This document shows positions 23,223 to 34,600 of a stretch of DNA of 39,648 nt, piece by piece. Every line of letters begins with the position of its first letter. Within the stretch, counting starts at the first letter, position 1. Location: the NCBI GenBank assembly GCA_043228905.1, contig JBHGNT010000282.1, positions 1 through 39,648 on the forward strand, read 5' to 3'. The stretch is from Azolla caroliniana. Taxonomy: Eukaryota > Plantae > Polypodiophyta. A model generated the notes under the pieces. It saw only the letters and a list, made by a program, of their open reading frames with translations. It was not told where the DNA came from and searched no databases. A program made the translations under genes and the position numbers.

Positions 23223-24663
23223 TCATGCCGAACCCGGCCCCGATCGAACAATCCACGACCGGATCACGCTCCACCCGTATCGGAATGCCGATCTCCTCAT
23301 GCCACGTCCGTACTCGGCCTCCTCACAGGCCGTTTCCCATCCGTCTTCCTTGGCATCGTGCCAGGACTCCTCGGTACCGCCATCCATCTCCTCGGTCTTA
23401 CATGGGCATACGGGCCCGAATGCCGAGTTCTCCGGAATCGGGTCCGTGGGCTTTCGTCCGCTCCTTCCCCGTATCGTCTCGCCGGTGATTCTTGGCCTTT
23501 CACTGCTGCCTTCCTCCGCTTGGGACTCACATGGGCACTCGGGCCCGACTGCCATCGTCTCGGGAGCAAGTGTGGGAAGACACAAAGAATCGCCCGTCTG
23601 TTTTACGCCCTTGTCCATAGCCACCGACTCTTCGTGGTCGGCGGTCGTCTTCTTACACGATCGCGCAAGCCCCGTCTGGGCTTGCTTCTCCAATGACCGG
23701 GATCTTGGGTTGACACGCCCGAAACCGCTGGTCCCAATGTTCCGATTCCGCGATCGGTATCTCGGCCTCGTCCTTAGCCGTTCTATCTCTGCAAGTCGAG
23801 AGGGTGTTTCGTTCTGCACCCTCTCCCGTGGTACCGTCGTAACGATCTTCTGCCGTCGCGTGGGGCAAGTCCGTCTCCTCAGTCTCGGCTTGCGGCCTCC
23901 GTCTTTCCTCTTCCTCGAGCATCGCCTCGAGAGCTGCGTACGCCTCCGCAATCCTGGCCCCAACGCCAACCCTTGCTGACCCTCTTTGCCGTTTGGCCTC
24001 TTCCCGTTGTGATGGCACGCCGTCGCATACCTTCCTCTTAGCCTTCTCGGCTCGCTCGTTGTCTAGCCATTGGCACACCCTTCCGACCTTCGACCAGTCC
24101 TCCGTAAGCCGATTCGCTCCATCATCGTCTTCGAGCTCAATCCCGATGGCCTCCCGTTCCGCTCAGTCGATTGACCTGACGAACAATAGGACCTTGTCCG
24201 CCCCCACCAAACCTTGTTCCCGCTTTGGGAGCCGAGCAAGCCGTTGCTTGAACTCTCGGAACGCCTTGGTCGCGTCCCGATAGGTCTTTGCCGATGCTAC
24301 CCACTGGTCGAAGTCGTGTCGTCCCCGGCTCTTCCGCCGTCCTCCGTATGCCTTCAGGAGCGCCTCTTCGAAGGCCTCCCACGAACTATGAGCCTCACAG
24401 AGCTCCTCTGCTTCCGCATGCATCCGGACAGCCACGACCCGACAGAAGAACTCCAACCTCAACGCCTCGTCTACGCCACGCTCCTCCATTTCAGCTTTGT
24501 AGGCTTCCAAGTAAGATAGGACTTTGTCCCCGTTGAAACAGCCGACTCTTTCGACCACTCGCTCAACCGCTTGTTGCGCTGCTTCCCGCCTCATCACCAC
24601 TCGTGCCAACTCCAACACCACTTCGGCCACCATCTCCGCAAGGTCGTCGTCTTCTGACTCCAT
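23223..24663 (-). pseudogene. Gag-like ORF of H with acidic, repetitive extension
   Basis: VGCFNGDKVLSYLEAYKAEM...DKVLLFVRSID aligns with Gag of B; ORFs 24163-24663 and 23653-24078 are in one frame; ATG 15 nt after the PBS. Confidence 0.8.
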
Positions 24664-24678
24664 CCTCCCTTGCCGCCT

Positions 24679-24696
24679 TTCACGTTGGGTTCACCA
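24679..24696 (-). promoter_or_regulatory. tRNA-Trp primer-binding site of H
   Basis: TGGTGAACCCAACGTGAA, 17/18 identical to the PBS of B; same 4-nt spacer from the LTR. Confidence 0.8.
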
Positions 24697-24700
24697 AATA

Positions 24701-25457
24701 TGTCGCGTTGTTACACGCGTGCGTGGAGAAAGGCGGAACCACGGGGGTCTTGGACTAGGGAGTGATGGAGCGTGGGAAGTCGTGCTTCACCGTTTCCGGG
24801 GCATCCCAGAAGCACACCGGGAGAAACCGAAGGGAGAGAGAGAGAGCGCGCTTAACACCGACTCACGCACACACACTCACACACGCACACACACAGGCCA
24901 ACCCGACTCACCCCTTTAAGTACAGGAAACGCAGGAAAGGGGAAGCACCCGACACCAACGAAGACGCGAATATACACAGACAGACGCAAAGGTATATATA
25001 TAAAAAGAAGAAGAATACATTCCCGGCTTCGAGCCGTTCCAAGGTAGGTTATAGTAGTCGTCAGCTGCCAAGCCGCCGTCGGGGAGCTCTCAGCTCGTCG
25101 CGCCGAGCGGGGTCTTGCACAAGAGGCCGAGCCAAAGCAAACCCTAAGCAAAACACGAAGGGGGAAGAAGAAGAAGAAGAAACCCTAAATCTAACGGTAT
25201 ACCCTCTAATGCAAAATGGGCAACCCTTTCACAAAGGGCGTTCCCTTCCTTTTATAGAACAAGGAGAGGGATGCGTTACAATGTGGGATAAATCCCGACT
25301 TTCATGGGATCGTCTGTCCCGACTTGACTACTCTTCGGCGCCATAAAGGCGCCCTCGATATTCACACTAAATGTATATGGGTGCGTACACACGCTGCACC
25401 CCACCGATGTAGCCAATGTTTCCCGGTTTCCGCCTCTGGCTGAAATTCTTCACGACA
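24701..25457 (-). repeat. 5' LTR of H
   Basis: Direct repeat of 20415-21171; PBS adjacent. Confidence 0.95.
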
Positions 25458-27282
25458 GCATGAACCGTCGCCTCGGTTCCTTGCACGGGGAATGCACGAT
25501 AGAGTCTCCAGTACTAGCCGGTTCCTCATCGGACTGGTCAGATTGACTCAGTCTCTCGTTTGGCCCGCTCAACCGGAATGATTCCGGACTCTCATCCTGA
25601 GTCCACGCTTCATCATCCTCTACCTGGACCGGATCAGGCCCACTAGCCTCATCCCCTGGCATCGGGTCAGATTCGGAAGTCGGAGTCGGTAAGGAGTACC
25701 ATGATGCCGATTCATCAAACTCGACATTTCGACTAACTCGGACCTGCCTTGTCCGGGGGTTATAATATTTATAACCCTTTTGCTCTTGAGCATAGCCGAC
25801 TAGGATGCATTTTTCCGAATTTGCATCCAGCTTCCTACGCTTCTCATCCAGTACATGCACATATGCAATGCTACCGAAGATCTTAAGGTGTCTCAAATTC
25901 GGCTTCCGCCCGAAATATAGCTCGTGAGCTGACACCTTGTCACCGATCCGGTTCTGGATGTAGACAACCGTTCAGACTGCCTCCGCCCAATAGAATTTGG
26001 GCGTGCTCTTCTCCTCCAGCATTGCCCTCGCCACATCGATAAGCGACCGGTTCTTCCTCTCGGGAACACCGTTATGTTTCGGTGTATATTTGTAGCTGAA
26101 GTCTCACTGAATTCCCGTTTGTTGCAGATAACTGTTGAATTGGCCGGAAAAGTATTCTTTCCTGCCATCTGACCGCAGGCATTTGATCTTCCTCTCCGAT
26201 TCCCTATCCACCATGCTTTGGAGACTCCGGAAACACTCGAAGACTTCACTCTTCTGCTTAATGAGGTTCTTTGTGATTGTCGGAACGTGTAATACGTTCA
26301 TCAGCTTCCCCTTCTGTCCGACGTGGCTTAGAGGGACTTCTCCGACGTGCACGATTAGGTGAGGAGTGTCGTCTCCGGTTTCGACTACTCTTGGTTGATC
26401 TGGTTTCTCCAAGAAGGAGAACCACTCTTTGTGACTCGTCATGTGGTTCGACGCACCAGAATGAACATACCACACTTCCTCCGATTCGGAAGTGGTCATC
26501 TTCATCGAGTTCGCCTCGTGATTCATCACCAAGGCTGGCCCGTTACCGTTCTTGGATCCTCCTGATCCCTTCGCGTAGTGCGAGCTTTGCCGGCCATCCT
26601 TGCTGGCCTTGCCACATCCGGATTTGTCTGATTCAGCTCGTTTTCTCCAGCAGTCGCTTTCTCTGTGGCCCTTTTTGCCACAGTACCAACATTTCGTTGT
26701 AGATTTGTCTTGCAGGCCTCCGGCACCGCCTTGACTCCCCTTGCGTGTGGAAGTCCCGGATTTGCTGTCGGCATGTTCTCTATGCCTTCGTTCTTGCTCT
26801 TGCCGGCCGCCTCCATTGCGTGCCGACCCGCCTGGTCCACCACGCCCACGGGACCGATCCGCCTCCGTGTACAACATCCAGCTGTCAATGGGTGCGCTAG
26901 TTGACGCACCGGTGTGGTTCTCCTCTACGAGGAGTATCGACTGTAAGTTGAAAAATGACAGCGTATTCTCCCTTGTACAAACCGTTCTTCGGAACGCTCT
27001 GAACTTAGACACCAGGCCCCCAAGATAGACCTGTACCATCTCGTCTTCCTCTACGGTAACGTTGATAGAGGCAAGCGAGTCACAAATCTCTTTGATTCGG
27101 GTCGTGTAATCCGCCACCGACATGTCCTTCTGTCGGACATTGGTTAACTCCTGTTGGAGTTGCAGCTTCCGGGTTGTAGTGCTCGCGGCGAAAACCTTCT
27201 TCAGGTTTCCCCAAGCCTGCTTCGGTTTCTTGGCGTCTTGGATGTGGCTCAGCAACTAGTCTCCGACATTGGACGCGAAGCA
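25458..27282 (-). pseudogene. Copia C gag-protease-partial integrase (two deletions)
   Basis: CWYCGKKGHRESDC knuckle; WYVHSGASNHM; LRSDGRKEY; KCILVGY. Gag N-terminus and integrase N-half are missing. Confidence 0.9.
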
Positions 27283-27696
27283 TGTCAACGATTACTTGCG
27301 GAAGCGTTAGAAAACAGAGAAAACAGGGAATATACAAAGTACACGGGAGAGACAGAGAGAGCAGAACCTCAAAGCTATGTTTTTAAAATATAAAAACACT
27401 TTGTACATACAACTATGCTCAGTAGCATCATTTATACAAGTCCTCGTGGGACTGACAGAAGTACCGCGTACTTCAATGCTCACACGAGCATCTAACACTT
27501 ACTACGAGACTATAATTGCCTAGTAGTCTACACTAATACTAGGCTTCCGGTTACTGATTGGATCTGGCTAACCGGCTCCCCAGCTCACCGGCTCTGTTGC
27601 TTGCCGCCTCGGTTGCTCACAACTTACCAATCAGTCTCGCTTGTCGGCTCAGGCTTATTCAGCCGATCCGGCTCCAGTTGAGCTTGCCGCTCAACA
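27283..27696 (-). repeat. 5' LTR of C (no PBS behind it)
   Basis: Direct repeat of 17655-18068. Confidence 0.95.
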
Positions 27697-27990
27697 AACC
27701 GACTCGAAGTAATTTGTTGATTTCTTCTTTTGCTTTGGCCAGATAATTCGGATTCATATGGTGTTGTCTTTGTGCTAACGGTTTTGCGTCCTTGCTCAAG
27801 TGCATCTGGTGTTGATATAGCTGGGGGTCCAATCCTCGCATGTCTTCGTACGACCATGCGAATACGTCCCAAAATTCTTTTAATAGCTCCACCATTGCTG
27901 ATTTTTCTACCGATGGCATTTCTTTTGCCACATTTACCGGTTTGGACTCTTCCTCGGTTCCTAGGTTTACTGCCTTCAACTGCGACACTT
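27697..27990 (-). pseudogene. Upstream part of G pol (PR-RT linker and RT start)
   Basis: ELLKEFWDVFAWSYEDMRGLDPQLYQH...EEINKLLRVG, typical of the Athila/Tat clade. Confidence 0.88.
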
Positions 27991-28014
27991 TGTGCAGAGG
28001 TTCTCAACCCTCAC

Positions 28015-28469
28015 GCTTTGATACCATGTGAATGTTAATGTGCGGAAGCGTCAGACAGAACCGGTTCAGCCGGATAGCAACAGAAAATGAGATGAAGGTT
28101 TAATGGAAAAGCTTAAAAACACAGAGGAGACAGAGAGAGCGGAACATAAAACTATATTCAAAAATTAACTCTAAAACTCTGTACATACAACGTGCTAAAT
28201 AGCACTATTTATACAAGTCCATAAAGGACTGACAAAAGTACTGATAGGTACTTCAATGCTCACACGTGTGACTGACACTAACTACGAGACAATGATTACC
28301 TAGTAGTCTAGGATAGTACTAGGCTTCCGGTTCCCCCTCGAATCCGGCTCTCCGATCTGGCTGGTTGTTTCTGGATACCATCCGGATATTGATCTGGCTC
28401 AGGCCCTAGCCACGAGTCATCCCCGTTCAACCTCGAGCTCTATGTCTTCGCCAACCACCGGTTACAACA
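28015..28469 (-). mobile_element. Orphan 5' LTR (28027-28469) plus Met PBS of Copia F, related to LTR C
   Basis: TG...CA; PBS TGGTATCAAAGC 28015-28026; shares TACTTCAATGCTCACACG and ACTACGAGAC..CCTAGTAGTCTA blocks with LTR C. Confidence 0.85.
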
Positions 28470-29489
28470 GAAGATACTTTCTGTTTCTCTCTCACTCTCT
28501 TTGTCTCTCTTTGTCACTCTGTACAACAATAATGATAACAACCAACTCCTTCAGCATATAATTTCCCTAAGTCATATTTATACTTATATGACTTTAGGAC
28601 TATTTACAAATATAGCCATGATAGGCACATTAGAAATATATTTACAGATATGTCCCTGGATCCGGTTCACACCGGATCTATCCGGTCTGGTTTCTTCATT
28701 CGGCTCGTCCGATCCGTCGCATCTGGATCCCATCCGGAGGGACAGAATTTCCAACAAGCTCCCCCTTCACTCTGGCATGGGATTTCTTGTTCATCCGATC
28801 TATCTCCTGCACACGTCTAACTTGTCGGCTAACAACACCTTGGTCAGCATGCCCGACCCGTTCCCCTCCGTATGAATCTTTGTCAGCAAGAACTCTTTAC
28901 CTTCTACCTTCTCTAGGAGCCAATGGTATCTATGCTAGATGTGCTTCATCCTGTAGTGGTAGGCCGCGTTCTTCGCGAGGTGGATGGCACTTTGACTATC
29001 GCAGTAGAGTTGGAATTCCTCCTGCAGAACTCCTACCTCTCCGATGAAGTTCTTCATCCATATTACCTCTTCACCGGCTTCTACAACTGCCATGTACTCC
29101 GCTTCCGTTGTCGATACTGCAACGGACTTCTGCAACCTCGACTGCCACGATATGGCTCCCCCTGCATATGTCATAACATATTTGGATGTAGACCGGAAGG
29201 TGTCTACATAAGCCGACATGTACGAATCAGTGAAGTTTTCCAATAGGGGTTTACAGGAGCCGAATCAGAGGCACATACTCAAGGTGCCTTTCAAGTACCA
29301 GAGTATCCACTTGACCGTAGTCTAGTGTTCTCTTCCCAGATTGTTCATGAACCGGCTGACCACTTTGACTGCATATCCGATATCTGGCCAGGTACACACC
29401 ATTGTGTACATCAAGCTTCCGGCAACACAGGCATATAATATCTTTATCATCTTCGTCTTCTCTGTCTTTGCCTTTGGACTTTCCTTTCC

Positions 29490-32400
29490 TATTGAGAATC
29501 GAACTCAACTTCCCATAGAAATAGGATTCACACTAGCTCATGGACATACCATGCTAGTTTTGTAAATAGTAGAAAGGGCCCTTGCCCTAATTTAGTTGGT
29601 ATTTAAACCAACCCTAAACTTTGTTACTGTTGGATGTAATATATAGTTATCTCTATCTTAAACTCTCTCTCACTCTCTCAGTGTTTTGCCTTACGTACAC
29701 ACAGTCCTTCCGCTGCATCTCAGCCACTCTTGCTTCTCTTTACATGGTATCAGAGTGTGTGGTTGCTTAATCATCCTCCTCATTTCTTGTGTGGTGCTAC
29801 ACGCCGAGGAACAATAGAACCGGCTCATCAATAGAGAAGAAACTACCACGAATACTCAGATGGGAAGTGCTCTTCCAATGGAGAAGCTCGACAGAACGAA
29901 CTTCGCATCTTGGGAATACAAGATGCATCAATACCTTGTCGGGCAAGGTTACTGGAGCTATATTGAAGGAGCTCATGAAACGCAACTCAACCCAACACAC
30001 GCCGACTATCCCGCTTGGGAGCAGGCTATAAGCCATGTGTTGTATTGCTTGGCATAATGCGTACATGATCATATGTTGGGATATATCACAGAGGCAAAAA
30101 CGCCATGCGAAAACCTCAAGAAAATCTTTGCGGCCAATACGGTTGCATGGAAGCTCCAACTTCAACAGGAGCTATACAATCTGCAAACAGCTACATCCAG
30201 CGGTTGCTGGCAGTATGTCACATTCATCGACGACTTCTCCAGGAACACCTGGATCTACTCGATGAGACAGAAGAGCTACACAATCATGAGCATAACCCCC
30301 ACCAATGGCAAGCGAACAGATCCGGTCCTAGAGAGTTCGGCGGAAGGGGTAGTCATCACGCTAGACCAAGGAATCGTAGAAACCCAATCGAATGTGTGTA
30401 CTGCGGAAAACTTGGCCATTACAAAGAGGAGTGCCGAAAGAAGAAACAAGAGGCATGCTGACAACTTACTAATTACGCTTCAAATTCCGACTACGGCGAC
30501 CGTGGCAGAATGTTCATAATGAAACATGAAGCGTGAGGACCTCGATGTTCGCACAGGCTTCAACTCACGCGTCCACCTCAAATAATGTATGGTTTGTCGA
30601 TTCAGGAGTGTCAAATCACATGATGTCTCACGAAGATTGGTTTCGCGAATTACGAAAACCCGAACGTCCCGGATATGTCGAGACAAGCGATGGCACGACT
30701 CATCCAATACAGCATATCAAGAATGTCCCATTCGGAAACAATGGCAAACAAACCTACCTAAAGAATATATTGCATATCCCCACCATCACGAAAAACCTGG
30801 TCTCAGTCGGCCAGATTTTCGAACAAGGAATGCAAGTACGATTCAACAACAGGTGCTTCATCGAAATGGGCGGACAAGTCATAGCTCATGGTCGATGAGA
30901 AGGCTATATGTTTATCCTCAAATCAAATGAGGTAAAGTCAGACATGTTCGTAAAGGGCCTCAAAGTCGAAACGGACTTAAATTTGTGGCACCAAAGAATC
31001 GAGCACATCAATCTCCAAAGACTTCAGAACATGCAATCGAAAGGATTCGTAATTGGACTCCCGAACTTTACGACCAAGGAGATTAAGAGCGTATGCGAAG
31101 CATGCAAATTCGGAAAGGAAGGCCGTCACCCATTCCCAAAGGAGCGGAATGTGAGCAAAGGAATCCTGGATGTTGTACATTCAGATGTGTGTGGAACAAC
31201 CCAAACAGCTACATTCGGCGGTTGCTGGCACTATGTCACGTTCATCGACGACTTCTCTAGGAACACCTGGATCTACCCGATGAGATAGAAGAACGAAGTG
31301 TTTGGACACTTCTAGAGGTTCAAAGCCGAAGTCGAAAAGCTACGGGTCAGCATGTACGCTACCTTCGATCGGATGAAGGCAAATAATACTTTTCGGATGA
31401 GTTTATGGCGTATCTCCGAAAGGAAGGAATCCAACGAGAATTCTCATGACATCACACACCTCAACAGAACGACGTAGCTGAGTGTAAAAACCGGCACATA
31501 ATAAACGTCACTCGGGCTATGATGAATGAGAAGAATCTGCCGAAATCGTATTGGGCAGAAGCAGCGAACATGGCCGTATACCTCATGAATAGGTGCACAA
31601 CCTCGGGAGTATAAGATGTAACTCCTCATGAGAAGTTCTTTGGAAAGAAGCCGAACTTATCACATGTCCGCATTTTTGGCGCAATGGCTTACATGCATAT
31701 TCCTGATGATACGCAACAAAAGCTCAACCCGAAGTCGGAGAAATGTATCCTCGTGGGGTACTCGCCTGAACAGAAGGGGTACAAATGCTACAATCCATCT
31801 ACCAGAAAAGTTCGAACAAGTCGAGATGTCGTTTTCAACGAGTCCGCATCGTGCTACGCAATAGAGACAACTTTGATTCCGACTTCGATATACGCCAAAA
31901 TAGAGGCAGAAGCCAAAGATCAAGTTACGCGCATGTTCGACGAAAGTCCAATTAAGATACGACGGAGTGGGCCGTTAGAGTTGCCGAGCGATCAAAGCAC
32001 ATCTTGGGCCGAGTCCAAAGCTAGACAAAGGGAAGGCGATAATGCAGGAATACGAAGATCAGTTCAAATTCGAATCGACTCATTCCCTTGATAGTGAATT
32101 CGAGGCCTTGACATCTAGACAAACAACGTGAAGAAAGCTTTAGAATCCGCGAACGAAAAGTTACGCCGGTCCACCTGAGAGAAGAACCCCGTAAGCCATT
32201 ACGGCTACAATGAGTACATGGCATATCATTACGCCTTTATGATGAAGGTAGCGAATGTACGGGAGCCGGAAATTCTTTCCGAAACCGTAAAGGATCCGCG
32301 ATGGGTCAACACGATGAATGAGGAAATGGAAGCGTTATGCAAAAATGAGACATGGGATCTTGTTCCTCACCCGCCGAACAAGAAAGCAATTGGTTGCAGA

Positions 32401-34196
32401 TGGATTTATACGGTGAAGCACAATGCCGATGGCTCTGTAAATCGCTTCAAAGCACGTCTTGTTGCAAAAGGATATACACAAACCGACGACGTAGACTACG
32501 AAGAGACCTTTGCCACGGGGGCAAAGATGACCACTGTACGGAACGTAATTGCCCTGGCAATGGCAAAAGGGTGGCACCTCCACCAGATGGACGAGAAAAA
32601 CGCCTTCCTCCAAGGAGAATTAGAAGATGGATTTGAATCGCGTAGCTATCCGCATGCCGTATGTCGACTTAAGAAACCACTTTATGGCCTCAAAATAAGC
32701 ATCGTGTGCGTGGCACTCGAAGATCACGTAGTATCTTCATTAGATCGAATTTCGAATGTCAAAATCCGATACTTCTCCGTACATCCGAAACGAGTCAGAT
32801 AGCCTGATTGTCATCATCCTTAAGGTGGATGATTTGGTCATCGGAGGAAAAGATCTACCCGAGATTAACAAGGTCAAATCACTTCTTTCTAGTAGATTCG
32901 AAATGAAAGACCTGCAGAGCTCCATTACTTCCTAGGCATTGAAGTAATTTGAACACCAGTTGGAATAATGATATCACAACGACACTATGTTCTCAACTTA
33001 CTCTACAAGTTCAGAATAACGGAGTGCAAACTTGTGTCTACCCCTCTCGATCGTAATTTCAAGATTGATATAAACTTTGGCATGGCCAAGAGCGAGCCGA
33101 CTCAGTATCGTCAACTGATTGGTAGCTTAATTTATCTAGCCATCACGAGACCCGACCTCAACTATTCGGTCGGCTTGCTTAGTCAATTTATGCAAAATCC
33201 ATGAAATCTTCATCAAGATTGCGCTAAGCGGATATTTCGGTATGTCAGTACGACGATGGACTACGACATCATGTATAAGTCGAATATGATCATTCGACTC
33301 AAAGGGTACAGAGACGCAGACTAGGAAGGATACAAAGCAGATAGATGATCCACATCCGGATTCGTCTTCTCTCTTGGTAGCGGAGAGATCTCCTGGAGTA
33401 GTAAGAAGCAGCCGACAATCGCATTGTCGAGCACGGAAGCCGAATACAGGGGTGCGGCAATCGCTGCATGCGACGACGTATGGCTCAAGCGTATACTGAA
33501 GGAGTTGGGCGTACTCATCAAAGATCCAATTCGTCTATACTGCGACAACATGAGCAATATCTACCTGGTGCGGAACCCCGTATTCCACGGGTGGACTAAG
33601 CACATCAAAGAGCACTATCATTTCATCCGCGAGCGCGTACAAGCCGGAGATATCGATTTACAACATATCAGTACGCACCTACAGGTAGTCGACCTTTTCA
33701 CGAAAGCCCTTGTTATCGACAAGCTGCGGCAGTGTGCGTCGAACCTTGGCCTATCTCTTCCTGACCAGCCGAGCTTGAGGGGGAGTACAGAATAGTGAAC
33801 CGATCAAACCGATCGATTGATCGAAGCCGAACAAGGAGTACGCAACCAGAAAGTCGAACAATTGAAGTTCGACGAGTTTCAAAGACCGGACCAATCCGAA
33901 ACCATTTTTCGATATCCGGAAGTTGTATTCGAAGAGGTGCGTTGAGAATTGAATTCAACTTCCCATAGAAATAGCATTCACACTAACTCATGGACATACT
34001 AGGCTAGTTTTGTAAATAGTAGAAAGGGCCCTTGCCCTAATTTAGTTGGTATTTAAACCAACAATTTGTAACTTTGTTACTGTTGGATGTAATATAAGTT
34101 ATCTCTGTCTTAAGCTCTCTCTCACTCTCTCTCTGTTTTGCTTTACGTACACACAGTCCTTCCACTGCATCTCAGACACTCTTGCTTCTCTTTACA
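29490..34196 (+). mobile_element. Ty1/Copia element D, structurally complete but decayed; TSD TTTCC
   Basis: LTRs 29490-29744 and 33940-34196 (~7% diverged); PBS TGGTATCAGAG at 29745; TTTCC at 29485-29489 and 34197-34201. Confidence 0.95.
29860..33795 (+). pseudogene. Copia D gag-pol with many stops and frameshifts
   Basis: KLDRTNFASWEYKM, CVYCGKLGHYKEEC, FVDSGVSNHM, HSDVCG, FKARLVAKGY, STEAEYR, KHIKEHYHFIRE. Confidence 0.93.
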
Positions 34197-34304
34197 TTTC
34201 CGGACAATTTGCAAGTTGCCGTAAGTGTCGACCCGACCGGCTTGGCATCCGACATGCTCAACCTTTGAAGCACCTTTGTCACATACTTCTCCTGTGACAA
34301 CCAC

Positions 34305-34526
34305 TCTAGGGAATTCGTTCCCTCCGGATGGGATCCGAATGAGAACCGGACGAGCCGAATTGGAAGGATCCAGAAGATATCCGGATGAATGCGATGTGAA
34401 CTGGATCTAGGAACATATATGTAAATATGTTTTCTAGAGGGCCTGTTATGGCCATATTTGTAAATAGTCCTAAAGTGATATAAGTATAAATATTACTTAG
34501 GGCAACCACTTGGTCATTGTTGTTAT
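34305..34526 (+). repeat. 5' part of an E-family LTR (element J), inserted antisense in E and interrupted by I
   Basis: TCTAGGGAATTCGTTCCCTCCGGATGGGATCC aligns with the LTR E start; shares ATATTTGTAAATAGTCCTAAAGT..TAAGTATAAATA. Confidence 0.75.
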
Positions 34527-34600
34527 TGTTGGGATTACGGTCCCTCCGGATGGGATGGTCGGATGTCCGGGAATCGGGAATGAAGACCCGAATGAGGAGT

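Larger units (their letters stand above)
20415..25457 (-). mobile_element. Non-autonomous gag-only LTR element H (Gypsy B-related, tRNA-Trp primed), inserted in C
   Basis: 757-bp LTRs 20415-21171 and 24701-25457 (~20 differences); PBS 24679-24696; PPT GGTGGGGGCGGA 21172-21183; flanks GCGT/GCAT; no pol motifs seen. Confidence 0.93.
17655..27696 (-). mobile_element. Ty1/Copia element C, inserted in the RT of G; TSD AACCG
   Basis: 414-bp LTRs 17655-18068 and 27283-27696 (~18 differences); AACCG at 17650-17654 and 27697-27701; PPT 18069-18085. Confidence 0.96.
13900..27990 (-). mobile_element. Athila-like Ty3/Gypsy element G (LTRs and gag lost), split by Copia C
   Basis: Removing C and one AACCG restores NKLLRVG-FIRLVKQATWLSPIVVVPKKNG; order RT-RH-IN with no additional RNase H; DEFLDAQLF linker. 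Confidence 0.85.
28470..34304 (-). mobile_element. Tnt1/Tork-like Copia E, 3' part (RT end, RNase H, PPT, partial 3' LTR 28470-28756), split by D
   Basis: WLSQEKYVTKVLQR..CKLSG (34202-34304) joins KESPK...GSLMYTMVCT (29484 downward); ISWQSRLQKSVAVSTTEAEY; PPT GTGAAGGGGGAG; LTR starts TGTTGGAAATTC at 28756. Confidence 0.88.

Noticed and set aside
21038-23979. Many overlapping plus-strand ORFs (e.g. 270 aa, 226 aa) inside H
   Set aside because: GC-rich antisense shadows with no motifs; the coding signal is on minus.
20476-25346. Duplicated ~190-aa ORFs (20476-21036 and 24762-25346) as a paralogous gene pair
   Set aside because: They lie antisense within the two LTRs of H and translate microsatellite-rich LTR sequence.
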